Assembly: GCA_965662175.1 (NCBI GenBank) | Contig: CBFIGT010000002.1 | Location: 1 to 61,353, forward strand | Length of the DNA stretch: 61,353 bases | Direction: 5' to 3' | Source of the DNA: Arcobacter sp. | Lineage (GTDB): Bacteria; Campylobacterota; Campylobacteria; Campylobacterales; Arcobacteraceae | Part shown: piece after piece, positions 30,720 to 40,781 of the stretch | Layout of the letters: each line of letters starts with the position of its first letter | Numbering within the stretch: the stretch's first letter is position 1 | The notes under the pieces: model-generated | The model's database searches: none | What the model was told of the DNA's origin: nothing | Seen by the model: the letters and a program-made list of their open reading frames with translations, nothing else | Translations under genes and position numbers: made by a program

Positions 30720-31787
30720 TTGCAATCAATATATGATTTTACTCTTGATGAATTAAAGGCTAATTTAAAGCCTGCATTTAGAGCAAAACAGGTTTATAAT
30801 TGGATTTATAAAAAGTATGTAAACTCATTTGATGATATGAAAAATATACCTAATGATTTAAAAAATAGTTTAAAACAGAACTATGCAATTGATATTTTAA
30901 AAATCATTAAAAAAGAGAAAAGTAGTGATGGAAGTATAAAATATCTTTTTCAACTACATGATGGAAAAACAGTTGAAACTGTATTTTTACTTATGCGTGA
31001 AAAACAAATAGGTGATGATGGAGTTGTTGAAAAGGGTGAAAAATATACTGTTTGTGTATCAACACAAGTTGGCTGTAAAGTAGGTTGTACTTTTTGTTTA
31101 ACAGCAAAGGGTGGATTTGTTAGAAACCTAACAGTTGGTGAGATAGTTGCACAAATTGTTCATATGAAAAGAGATAATAATATTGATGAAAACAAGTCAT
31201 TAAATATCGTATTTATGGGAATGGGTGAACCACTTGACAATTATAATAACTTTGTTCATTCAGTAAAAGTATTTAGTGAAGAAGAGGGTTTATCAATAAA
31301 TAGAAGAAGACAAACAGTTTCAACATCTGGAATCTCTTCAAAAATTGAAAAACTTGGAAATGAAGATTTAGGAATTCAACTTGCGATTTCACTTCATGCT
31401 GTTGATGATGAGTTAAGAAGTGAGTTAATTCCTATGAATAAAGCTTATAATATAAAATCAATCATAGAGGCTGTTAAAAAGTTTCCTGTGGATGCTAGAA
31501 AAAAAGTTATGTTTGAATATTTAGTTATAAAAGATAAAAATGATGATATAGCAAGTGCTAAAAAACTTCTTTCACTTCTTGATGGAATTAAAGCAAAAGT
31601 AAACTTGATTTACTTTAATCCATATCCAGGAACTACATATCAAAGACCCGAAAGTAAAAAGATGATAGAATTCCAAAATTATTTAATAAGTAGAGGTTTA
31701 TTATGCACAATAAGGGAATCAAAAGGTCTTGATATCTCAGCTGCATGTGGGCAACTAAAAGAAAAGGATGCTAATGGAACCGCTTGA
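30720..31787 (+). CDS. rlmN: 23S rRNA/tRNA m2A methyltransferase RlmN
   Basis: CKVGCTFC radical-SAM motif, MGMGEP, ISLHA, AACGQL. Confidence 0.97.
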   Translation: MQSIYDFTLDELKANLKPAFRAKQVYNWIYKKYVNSFDDMKNIPNDLKNSLKQNYAIDILKIIKKEKSSDGSIKYLFQLHDGKTVETVFLLMREKQIGDDGVVEKGEKYTVCVSTQVGCKVGCTFCLTAKGGFVRNLTVGEIVAQIVHMKRDNNIDENKSLNIVFMGMGEPLDNYNNFVHSVKVFSEEEGLSINRRRQTVSTSGISSKIEKLGNEDLGIQLAISLHAVDDELRSELIPMNKAYNIKSIIEAVKKFPVDARKKVMFEYLVIKDKNDDIASAKKLLSLLDGIKAKVNLIYFNPYPGTTYQRPESKKMIEFQNYLISRGLLCTIRESKGLDISAACGQLKEKDANGTA

Positions 31788-31872
31788 TTTAGCAATGGTT
31801 ATATTTATTTGTGTAGTAGTAATAGTATCCGCAATTGGATTTTTTAAAAGTAATAAGAATAAGGAAGATTAA
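31774..31872 (+). CDS. Small single-pass membrane protein (32 aa), not in ORF track
   Basis: MEPLDLAMVIFICVVVIVSAIGFFKSNKNKED; AAAGGA SD; stop overlaps gltX start (TAATG). Confidence 0.7.
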   Translation: MEPLDLAMVIFICVVVIVSAIGFFKSNKNKED

Positions 31873-33287
31873 TGGCAGTAACAAGATTTGCTCCAAGTCC
31901 AACGGGATATTTACATATTGGTGGACTAAGAACAGCTTTATATAGTTATTTATGGGCTAGAAAAACTAATGGTGAATTTAAATTAAGAATAGAAGATACA
32001 GATACAGCTAGAAATAATGAAGATGCTTTAAAAGCAATTATAGAAGCTTTTGACTGGGTTGGATTAGCTTATGATGGTGAAGTTGAATACCAATCAAAAA
32101 GAATGGATATTTATAAAAAATATATTGACCAACTTTTAGCTGAGGGTAAAGCATACTATTGTTATATGAGTAGAGAAGAGCTTGATACTTTAAGAGAAAC
32201 TCAAATGGCAAATAAGCAAACACCAAGATATAATGGAACATGGCGACCTGAAGAGGGTAAAATATTACCTGCAATTCCTGAGGGAGTTGAGCCAGTTGTA
32301 CGAATAAAAGCTCCAAAAGAGGGAATAATTACATTTATTGATGGTGTAAAATCTATTATGAATTTTGATTGTAGTGAGGTTGATGATTTTGTTATTGCTA
32401 GAAGTAATGGTGCTCCAACATATAACTTTGTAGTAGCAATTGATGATGCACTTATGGGAATGACTGATGTAATTAGAGGTGATGATCACTTATCTAATAC
32501 TCCAAAACAAATAGTGATTTATGAAGCTCTTGGTTGGACACCACCAAAGTTTTATCATATTCCTATGATTAATAATCCATCAGGTAAAAAACTATCTAAA
32601 AGAGATGGTGCTATGGATGTTATGCAGTATAAAAAAGATGGATATCTACCTGAGGCTTTATTAAACTTTTTAGTAAGACTTGGTTGGTCAAATAAAGACC
32701 AAGAGATTTTTTCTATGGAAGAGATGTTAGAGTTATTTGATCCAACAAATATCAATAAATCAGCATCTGCATATAATGAAGACAAACTTTTATGGCTAAA
32801 CTCTCACTATATTAAAAATTTATCAAATGATAGATTAGCAAAAGAGTTAGAGTTTTTTGATTGCTTTGTTCATGGGCACGATAAAAAAGAGATGTTATTA
32901 GATTTAACAAAAGATAGAGTTCAAACCTTAGTTGAGCTAAAAGATGCAATAAGTATAATTTTAGATACACCAAGTGATTATGAAGCAAAAGGTGTTAAAA
33001 AATTTGTTAAAGATGAAACTATTTTAAAAATATTAGATAGTTATCTTGGAGTATTAGAAGAAAATTCTGATACTTTACATCTTAGTGTAGATTATGAAGC
33101 TATTACAAAACCTTTTATTGAGAAGTTTGACCTTAAATTTCCTCAACTTTTTCAACCAATAAGATTAGCTTTAACAGGTACAACTCAAGCCCCATCAGTT
33201 TATGATATCTTAGCTGTTCTTGGAGTTGAAACATCAGTTGCAAGAATTAAAACAGCCATTGAAAAGAACTTTAACAAAGAGGCATAA
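31872..33287 (+). CDS. gltX: Glutamate--tRNA ligase
   Basis: RFAPSPTG, HIGG, RIEDTD, KLSKR. Confidence 0.97.
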   Translation: MAVTRFAPSPTGYLHIGGLRTALYSYLWARKTNGEFKLRIEDTDTARNNEDALKAIIEAFDWVGLAYDGEVEYQSKRMDIYKKYIDQLLAEGKAYYCYMSREELDTLRETQMANKQTPRYNGTWRPEEGKILPAIPEGVEPVVRIKAPKEGIITFIDGVKSIMNFDCSEVDDFVIARSNGAPTYNFVVAIDDALMGMTDVIRGDDHLSNTPKQIVIYEALGWTPPKFYHIPMINNPSGKKLSKRDGAMDVMQYKKDGYLPEALLNFLVRLGWSNKDQEIFSMEEMLELFDPTNINKSASAYNEDKLLWLNSHYIKNLSNDRLAKELEFFDCFVHGHDKKEMLLDLTKDRVQTLVELKDAISIILDTPSDYEAKGVKKFVKDETILKILDSYLGVLEENSDTLHLSVDYEAITKPFIEKFDLKFPQLFQPIRLALTGTTQAPSVYDILAVLGVETSVARIKTAIEKNFNKEA

Positions 33288-33330
33288 AACTAGACTTCCA
33301 TTGGAAGTTTCAGACTTTTGGAGATAAAAG

Positions 33331-33993
33331 ATGAAAATACTTTTGATGGAAGATGATTTAATACTAAATGAGATTATCCAAGAGCATTTAGAAGAGAAAA
33401 ACTACCATGTCATCTCCACATATAGTGGAGATGAAGCTCAAGAATTTATCTACAAAGAAAAATTTGATTTACTACTTTTAGATGTAAATGTTCCAAATAT
33501 AAATGGCTTTGAATTATTAAAAGATTTACGAAAAAATAGTATAAAAACCCCTGCAATTTTTATAACATCATTAGATATGGTTGATGATATTGAAAAAGGT
33601 TTTGATAGTGGTTGTGATGATTATATTAAAAAACCTTTTGAGCTAAAAGAGTTGGATATTCGTATAAATAATATTAAAAGATTATTTAATATTTCACCTA
33701 TAAACTTAATCAAAATATCAGAATTTATAAACTTAGATACTAAAGCATTATCAATAAATATCAAAGAAAAGAGTTTTCATATCTCTAAAAAAGAGTGTGA
33801 AGTTTTAGAGTACTTTTTAAAAAATAAAAATAGAGTAATAAGCGTTGATGAACTTAGCTTAAATGTTTGGACTTATGAAAATAGCCCAAACTCTTCCACT
33901 ATTAGAACTTATATAAAAAATATTAGAAAGATATTAGGGGAAGAGATTATCTCAAATATTAGAGGAGTTGGTTATAGATTTAACAGCAAGTGA
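33331..33993 (+). CDS. OmpR-family response regulator (CrdR-like by context)
   Basis: Receiver plus winged helix (RTYIKNIRK..RGVGY). Confidence 0.9.
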   Translation: MKILLMEDDLILNEIIQEHLEEKNYHVISTYSGDEAQEFIYKEKFDLLLLDVNVPNINGFELLKDLRKNSIKTPAIFITSLDMVDDIEKGFDSGCDDYIKKPFELKELDIRINNIKRLFNISPINLIKISEFINLDTKALSINIKEKSFHISKKECEVLEYFLKNKNRVISVDELSLNVWTYENSPNSSTIRTYIKNIRKILGEEIISNIRGVGYRFNSK

Positions 33994-35128
33994 AAAACAT
34001 ACTTTTTTTAGATTTCTTTTTTTATATTTGGGTTCATCATTTGTTTTAATGGCTCTTGTCGCTTTTTTATATTTTGAGAATGAAAGAACACTATATTTTG
34101 ATTTAACAAAATCAAAAATGCAAAATGTAGTATCAAAAGTCTCAAATGAGATAATATTTTCCCATATGAGAGGCACAAAGTTTAATAAAGAATTTTATTT
34201 AAAAAATAGAGATTATCAAATCTCATTTTATGATTTTGATAGGAAAAAACTCTTTGGTACTCTTGATGAAAATATTGATTTTAGTAAAAAAACTATAACA
34301 AATGATAAGTTTATTATGTTGATAGATAACTCAACGGTAGGGCATTTGGGAATTGAGTTTATAGTAATAAAGGATAACTCTTTTAGCAAAAAAATAAGCG
34401 AATTAAAAATCTCAATAATCTCTTTATTTTTACTCTCTTTTCTTTTTATTTCAATAGTGGGGTTTTATTTAGCAAAACTATTTTTAAAGCCAATAAAAGA
34501 TGAAAGAGATAAACTAAATAACTTCATAAAAGATACAACCCATGAGTTAAATACACCAATAAGTGCCATATTAATGTCAACAGAAAATGAAACATTAAGC
34601 CCAAAACAACTCCAAAGAGTAAGACTTAGTGCAAAAAGAATCTCTGAAATATATAAAGACTTAACATATGTTTTTTTACAAAAGGATATTGAAAAGGGTG
34701 AGCTAAAAGAGTTATCTCTTCATGAAGTTATCAAAGAACAACTAAGCTATTTTGAGCCATTGGCTTTAAAAAAAAGAGTAACTATAGATTTAGATATTTC
34801 AGATTTTACTTATAAAATCCATAAAGATGATTTCATTCGATTATTTAATAATCTAGTTTCAAATGCAATAAAATATAATAAAATCAATGGAAATATATCT
34901 ATTATTTTAAAAAATAAGTGTTTAATCATAAAAGATACAGGAATTGGTATAAAAAAAGAGAAAATAGATGATATATTCAAAAGATATTATCGAGCAACCA
35001 CACTACAAGGTGGCTTTGGAATCGGACTTAATATTGTTTGGGAAATTTGTAAAAAATATAATATAAAATTGAGCGTTGATTCTACATACAATAAAGGAAC
35101 AGAAATCAAGGTTTTGTTTAATTTATAA
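33968..35128 (+). CDS. Sensor histidine kinase (CrdS-like by context)
   Basis: Two TM helices, H-box DTTHELNTP, NAIKYN, DTGIG, GFGIGL. Confidence 0.9.
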   Translation: MVIDLTASEKHTFFRFLFLYLGSSFVLMALVAFLYFENERTLYFDLTKSKMQNVVSKVSNEIIFSHMRGTKFNKEFYLKNRDYQISFYDFDRKKLFGTLDENIDFSKKTITNDKFIMLIDNSTVGHLGIEFIVIKDNSFSKKISELKISIISLFLLSFLFISIVGFYLAKLFLKPIKDERDKLNNFIKDTTHELNTPISAILMSTENETLSPKQLQRVRLSAKRISEIYKDLTYVFLQKDIEKGELKELSLHEVIKEQLSYFEPLALKKRVTIDLDISDFTYKIHKDDFIRLFNNLVSNAIKYNKINGNISIILKNKCLIIKDTGIGIKKEKIDDIFKRYYRATTLQGGFGIGLNIVWEICKKYNIKLSVDSTYNKGTEIKVLFNL

Positions 35129-35134
35129 CTTGGT

Positions 35135-35161
35135 TATACTAGTATAATTTTTACTAGTATA
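35135..35161. terminator. Hairpin after the kinase gene, at the left edge of the accessory island
   Basis: TATACTAGTA...TACTAGTATA inverted repeat. Confidence 0.5.
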
Positions 35162-35180
35162 CTATATAAATTTATGATAT

Positions 35181-35400
35181 TTACTTTAAGTTTAAATACT
35201 TCTTTAGTTCATCTTGAATCTTCATTTTTAAAGATAAAGGTTCAATAACTTTTAAATAAGGTATCCAATTTTTATGAACTCAATAAGGTTTCAATAAATA
35301 TAAACTATCTTCACTAGCACCTTATTAATTTTATAATTACGAACTCTTAGTTCCTCTATCAACTTTGTTTGATAAAGTATCTTGAGATAGAGGAAGTTTT
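35181..35400 (-). pseudogene. Degraded 3' remnant of a WYL/WCX-domain transcriptional regulator
   Basis: Reads KNWIPYLKVIEPLSLKMKIQDELKKYLNLK* (W codon 35267, stop 35181) and SSISRYFIK upstream in broken frames; matches the WCX tail pattern as recalled. Confidence 0.6.
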
Positions 35401-35404
35401 AAAA

Positions 35405-36881
35405 CTATACTAAATCCCCAAGCTTTATATTTTTTAATACAGGTATTTGGTTGTAGTATTGGTTTATTTTAGTTCCATAGCTTGTGAGCATTACAACTTT
35501 TAGATCATATTTTTTATTTTTGATTCCATATTTTATAAATTTTTCTTTTTTGTTTTGAAGGTTTTTAGCATAAGATTTATCTATGATAAACTCATCCTTA
35601 TAGTATTTACACTCTACTATATCATAAGTGTTTCCAATATACTCGATGATGATATCTATTTGTGCTCCACTATCATCTTCATCTTTTGCTATATAATCCC
35701 AGTATCCAATACTTTTTACCCCTGCACTCAAACCTCTTATTTTAAGATACAAGTCAATATTTGCGATTACAAGCATCTCAAAAGCAAATCCTTGCCAAAT
35801 AATATAATCATGAGAGCTTGACTTTGTCTCAAAATAATCAATAAGTGAAGCGATATCATTTTTACTAAGTGGCTGTACCCATTTATTGAAAAAATTACAA
35901 AATGGGTCAGACACCATATATTTTGTATGTTTACTAGCGTATGAATGTCTTCCAATGGCTTTGATAAATCCTGTATCTATAAGCTCTTCTATATGGATTC
36001 GTAGAGTTGATGATGTGATATCTTCTAAAAGAGTTTCAAGTTCCATCATCTCTAAACCACTTCGTTTTGATACAAGTAAATCTATTATCTTTTTATGACT
36101 TGATGACTTATCATAAAAAAGAGATTTAAAAAGTGTGTCAAACTCTTTGTATAGTGGTGCATGGAGTGAAAAAAATAGTTTATTTATATTGTGAGATAGA
36201 GAGTCTACAATCAAGATAGCTTAAATATTTTGCTACACCACCAAGCACCATATAGATATCTACTACACTTTTATCATCTATATCAAATCTTTTCTCTTTT
36301 AGTAAATACTCTTTGGTCTCTTTTAAATCAAATGGAAAAAGTGGTATCTCTATATCTACTCTATGATAAAGTGGTCCATTTGTATCTTTTAGTATTTTAT
36401 TTTTTATCCAAGATGCATTTGATCCACAAAGTATAACAATAAGATTATTGTTTTTTTCGATATAAGTGTTATAAAAGTGTCCAAAGGCACTTAAAAATCC
36501 AGACTTATTATGTCTATCTATCCATGCAACTTCATCTATAAATACTATCACTTTAGCTTGATGATTTTTCTCTTTTATCTGATTTTCAATGGTTCGTTTT
36601 AAAAATATAAAAGCTTCATGCCATTTGTTTATAGCTTTTGTTGGTTCAGCTTTAAACCAATCGTAAACAGCCTCAACAAAATAGTCTTTTTGTACTTGTG
36701 AGTCTTGATCAGCACTACCTGTGAATTTAAAAAAAAGGCAATCTTTTCTATGCGTTTGAAACATATAGTCCACTAAATAGGTCTTGCCTATTCTTCTTCT
36801 ACCATGTATCACTACAAGTTTGCTTTTATCTTCTTCACAAAGTGAATTTAAAAGTTCTATCTCTTTGACTCTTCCAATCAA
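35405..36881 (-). pseudogene. Archaeal-type AAA ATPase + winged helix + PD-(D/E)XK (DUF234-like) protein, frameshifted near 36190
   Basis: Walker A HGRRRIGKT, Walker B FIDE, GGVAKYL in the upstream ORF; DPF, AFE, QIDII..IVECKY in the downstream ORF; SQ|NINKLF junction needs a +1 shift. Confidence 0.85.
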
Positions 36882-36968
36882 TTTTTATCCTTTATTTTAC
36901 AAGATATATTAGGTATTATACTATAAAAAGTAAAATATCTATTTAAAAATATATGTTTTTTTAGTTAT

Positions 36969-37056
36969 TAAAAGTAAAAAACTTCAAACACTTTGTATCT
37001 TTGATAGATAATTTAGATAGTTAATTTGTGCTTATTGAAACACTAGAGAAACAAAA
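36969..37056 (+). repeat. 88-bp direct repeat, copy 1 (fragment of the protease gene 3' end)
   Basis: Identical to 42010-42097 except at 37020 and 37022. Confidence 0.95.
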
Positions 37057-37087
37057 AATAAAACTAAATGATAAATCACAAAAGTAA

Positions 37088-37357
37088 CTTTTAGATGAAT
37101 TTACTATAAATTTTGATAAAGCAAGAGTATATATTAACATCTATGCCACAAGCTATCCACTTGATTTTATAAATAAGTTTGAAACTTCACTTTATAATAA
37201 TGGTTTTAATAAATGGCATGATGTGTTACTAAGCTTATGTGAAAAAGAGGATATGGTGGCTTATTCTGAAATATCTTATTTAATAAATCAAGTTAATAAA
37301 TCTTTCTATAACAATAACCTAGATATTTATGATTTTATAAATCTTGAGATGTTGTAG
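37088..37357 (+). pseudogene. Start-less 89-codon open frame (gene remnant)
   Basis: LLDEFTINFDKARVYINIYATSYP...FINLEML*; preceded by in-frame TAA and in frame with the protease fragment. Confidence 0.5.
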
Positions 37358-37472
37358 GAAAGCTTTTACGTTATTAGTTTTCAAATATTATATATAAGTT
37401 ATAAAAGTATTTAAAAAAAACAATATGTTTAATTTCAAACTATAATAAAGTTGCTATAATATTATTTAAATA

Positions 37473-38525
37473 TTGTTGTCAAAACAATTTATATCAAATC
37501 AAGTATTTAAAGAAGTTTTAGAACAAACAACAGATGATGAAGAGTTTATGGGGGCCTTAAAAAGTATGAAAAAAATGAGAACAAATAGAGAAAACCATAT
37601 ATCTAATAGAGAATATATAAAAGACTTAGTTTTGTCAAAAACACCAGAAAAATGTCAAGAAGAACTTATAGAAGCTTCAATATACATAGAGCAACTAAAC
37701 AATTTTATTGATGACAAAATACAATTATCAGAAAATAAGGTATATCAATTACTTAATTATTTGTATTGCAATCACTCTTTACATCTTAAATACCAATTAG
37801 ACAAAGATAAATGGTTAAGAAGAGCAAGAAAATATGAGGAGAGAGATATAAAAGTTCCAAAATATTGCTTTACTAAAACAGAGGAATTAAGTTTAATTCC
37901 TGATGATGAAAAATATAAGGTTCCTCTCGGTAGATTAAATAAAAAAGAGCAACCTATCTACTATGCTTGTTTTTCTGACAAAAATTTCAACTACTATGAT
38001 GTTGTGTTATCAGAAGTTAATGCTATAGACCTAGACTATGTTAATTTCTTAGATTCTATAACTACTGGGTATTTAGAGGTAATACGCATCGGTGCATTTG
38101 ATTTATTTATGAGAGGTCAAGCACTACATCATTGGATTGATCGTTATAATTTAAGAATTTTTAAACTTTTTAAAAAATTTTGTGAAAAAAAACAAAATAA
38201 ATTTTTGATTGAATCACATCAATTATGTAGTGCATTTTTTACTGATATATTAAGTAGAAAAAATCATAAAAATCTGTATAAAGTTACTTCTATACTTGCA
38301 GATATTATTTTTGAAAATGAACATGTAGATGCAATCATGTATGAATCTGTAGAAGTAAAAGGTGCTCCTGTAATAGCTATAAGACCAAAAGCATTAGCCC
38401 AAAAAGTTCAACACAAAAAAGTAGCAAGTCTTAGAGTAGAAGCAAATTTAGGTTATGGAATATACTACACAAATGTTATAAATGAAGGTAAAGTAGATGG
38501 AAAATTATTAAGTTGGGATTGTTAA
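37473..38525 (+). CDS. RES-domain protein
   Basis: GRLNKKEQPIYYAC (R), VLSEV (E), DAIMYESV (S); TGCTATAAT promoter just upstream. Confidence 0.75.
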   Translation: MLSKQFISNQVFKEVLEQTTDDEEFMGALKSMKKMRTNRENHISNREYIKDLVLSKTPEKCQEELIEASIYIEQLNNFIDDKIQLSENKVYQLLNYLYCNHSLHLKYQLDKDKWLRRARKYEERDIKVPKYCFTKTEELSLIPDDEKYKVPLGRLNKKEQPIYYACFSDKNFNYYDVVLSEVNAIDLDYVNFLDSITTGYLEVIRIGAFDLFMRGQALHHWIDRYNLRIFKLFKKFCEKKQNKFLIESHQLCSAFFTDILSRKNHKNLYKVTSILADIIFENEHVDAIMYESVEVKGAPVIAIRPKALAQKVQHKKVASLRVEANLGYGIYYTNVINEGKVDGKLLSWDC

Positions 38526-38555
38526 ATGTTCAGAAAAATTACAAAGGATAACTAA

Positions 38556-38792
38556 ATGTATAAATGTAAAGAAGAAGAAAATTATATTGTTATATACAAT
38601 GAAAGACGGAAGTTTAGAGTATTAAAATTTAAGAAACCAAATCAAATAAATATAGTAGATGTAACCTATGGAAATAAAACAACTGGCGGCTATTGGACTA
38701 ATATAAACGACTACTGTGACGAGTTTATATCTAAAGTTATATTTTTTAAACATTTAGAGTTGAATAAAATGGCAAATAAACAAAATAAATAA
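38556..38792 (+). CDS. Hypothetical protein (78 aa)
   Basis: AAAGGA SD; clean ORF directly behind the RES gene. Confidence 0.65.
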   Translation: MYKCKEEENYIVIYNERRKFRVLKFKKPNQINIVDVTYGNKTTGGYWTNINDYCDEFISKVIFFKHLELNKMANKQNK

Positions 38793-38944
38793 GAAGGACA
38801 GCTTATAAAGATGAATAACATTAGGACAACAAACCAAAACAGTAAACTAACCATTTTAAAACACAAAAGATTTATACTATGATTTATTACATTAAATTTA
38901 TACTATTTGCTCTTCTTATATTTGTTTCAATGATTAGATAGAAA

Positions 38945-39637
38945 ATGAGTATAAAATTGAATAACACAAAATCTTCATACTGGTATGATGCAATAATACA
39001 ATGGGCAGAGGATAATGATATACCTGAGCTTGATGAAAATAATATGGGTATTCCAAGGGATAAAGAAAAATTATATAATTCAGAAGAAATAAATTTATTA
39101 CATTATGATGCTAAGAATTTACCTAAAGAAATAAAATATTTAACAAATTTAGATATCTTAGATATGAGTTTCAGCAACTTAGAGTCAATACCTGATGAAA
39201 TTGGTAATTTATTTAACTTAGAAGATTTATCTCTAGGTGCAGGGAAAGATAATCTTGATTTACCAAATAGTATTAAAAAATTAAAAAAATTAAAATATGT
39301 AAGTTTGAGTGGAAACTTTTCAAATAAATCAATTTATCTACTTCTTGATTTACCTATAACTCATTTGAGAATTACATACAATGATAGTTTGCTGAATTTG
39401 CCTGAAGATTTCTTTTTAAAACTAAAAGATTTAAATTATCTTGAATTATCAAATGTCAATAATCTAGTTTTGTCAGATGCTCAATATAAGATTGCATTAC
39501 AATTAAGAAAACCTGATTATTGTAATCAATACAATTCTGTAATGAAAGAAAGAATGTTAGTTGACTATGGAAAAGGGTTTAGATTTTTCTCATATTGGAG
39601 AAATAAATCAACCACAAAGTATCATGTTAGGATATGA
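38945..39637 (+). CDS. Leucine-rich repeat protein
   Basis: Repeated LPxEIxxLxNLxxLxL units (LPKEIKYLTNLDILDMS, IPDEIGNLFNLEDLSL, LPNSIKKLKKLKYVSL). Confidence 0.85.
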   Translation: MSIKLNNTKSSYWYDAIIQWAEDNDIPELDENNMGIPRDKEKLYNSEEINLLHYDAKNLPKEIKYLTNLDILDMSFSNLESIPDEIGNLFNLEDLSLGAGKDNLDLPNSIKKLKKLKYVSLSGNFSNKSIYLLLDLPITHLRITYNDSLLNLPEDFFLKLKDLNYLELSNVNNLVLSDAQYKIALQLRKPDYCNQYNSVMKERMLVDYGKGFRFFSYWRNKSTTKYHVRI

Positions 39638-40025
39638 CCATTATTTAAAAAGTATATCAACAATTCATCAGGATTTAGAAAAGTATTTTGTCAAGGACAA
39701 GGAGAAACATTTTTTAAGTTGGATGGATGTTTTTCTAAAAGATGATATTTATATATTAGGGTTAGAATTGGACTTTGGTGAATTAGATCTATGGTGGATG
39801 ATTTCATACAGAAATAGATTAAAATTAGAATATAACTTAGTACATAATAAAATAACCTATATTGATATTAAAAGTAAAGAAAGTTTATCAAATAATAAAG
39901 ATAGAGCAAAATTATCAATGTTAAAAACTTTTGATATTGATATAAAAATTGTTGAATTAGTAAATAATAATTACCAAAATGCATATGATGAAGTTATTAT
40001 ATATTTGCAAGCTCAATTACAATAA
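39561..40025 (+). pseudogene. SIR2-like domain C-terminal half; probable frameshifted continuation of the LRR ORF or a truncated remnant
   Basis: HIGEINQPQSIMLGYDHY...SWMDVFLKDDIYILGLELDFGELDLWWMISYR resembles the SIR2_2-type HxHG..SI.LG..Y / SW.D.F...I.I.G..L...E.DLWW pattern; no SD; 77-nt overlap with the LRR ORF. Confidence 0.55.
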
Positions 40026-40045
40026 CTTAAAATAAAGGAAAGAAA

Positions 40046-40774
40046 ATGGCAGCTGGTTTATGGATGGTAATAATGGGATTAATATTTTTCTACTTTGTAT
40101 ATCTTTTTAAACGATTTATACTTGGTAAATCAAAAGATGAAATACAACTTGAAGATTTAGAAAAAGAAGAAATGGAGTTAATTACGAGTAATAGTATATT
40201 TAAGTCAAAAGCTAAAAAAGAAAAACAATTAAAAGAGTTAAGAGATAAAATTGAACTATTAAATAATAAAGTTAATCAACATAAAAATACTGACACTTCA
40301 CTAACAAAAGCAGTTTATAACCATAGTAAAGATGTTGTAAGTGAGATTAAACCAAAAATAAATGAATATAAAGAGAAGTATTCTTCTTCAAATCAAATAA
40401 ATAATATTGATATTCTAAATGAAGATGAGCTTTATGAAAAAATAATGATAGAAATTGAAGAAGATAAAAAAGTAAAATCAACTTGGGCAAGAGCATTAGC
40501 TCAAAGTGATGGAGATAAAAATAAAGCTGAGTCTTTGTATATTAAATTAAGAGTTCAAAATATGAAAGAAGAACAAGCAAGAGAAATAGAAAGTCAAAAA
40601 GAGCAGGAAAAACAAGCTAAATTAGCCAAAGTAGGTGGAAAAGAATTAAATAAGCAAGAAAAAGACTTTTTAAGTAATTATGGAGTAGATCTTTTTTCTT
40701 CAAATGTAGATATAGATTTTAATAGTATTATAATTAATACTCCAAGTGGTAAAAAAGAATATAAAAGAAGCTAA
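40046..40774 (+). CDS. Membrane-anchored coiled-coil hypothetical protein
   Basis: N-terminal TM helix, charged helical body; AAAGGA SD. Confidence 0.75.
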   Translation: MAAGLWMVIMGLIFFYFVYLFKRFILGKSKDEIQLEDLEKEEMELITSNSIFKSKAKKEKQLKELRDKIELLNNKVNQHKNTDTSLTKAVYNHSKDVVSEIKPKINEYKEKYSSSNQINNIDILNEDELYEKIMIEIEEDKKVKSTWARALAQSDGDKNKAESLYIKLRVQNMKEEQAREIESQKEQEKQAKLAKVGGKELNKQEKDFLSNYGVDLFSSNVDIDFNSIIINTPSGKKEYKRS

Positions 40775-40781
40775 ATTTTAA

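Noticed and set aside
37360..40781. Integron-like cassette array in the island (co-oriented short genes)
   Set aside because: No attC-like repeats seen between genes and no integron integrase nearby.
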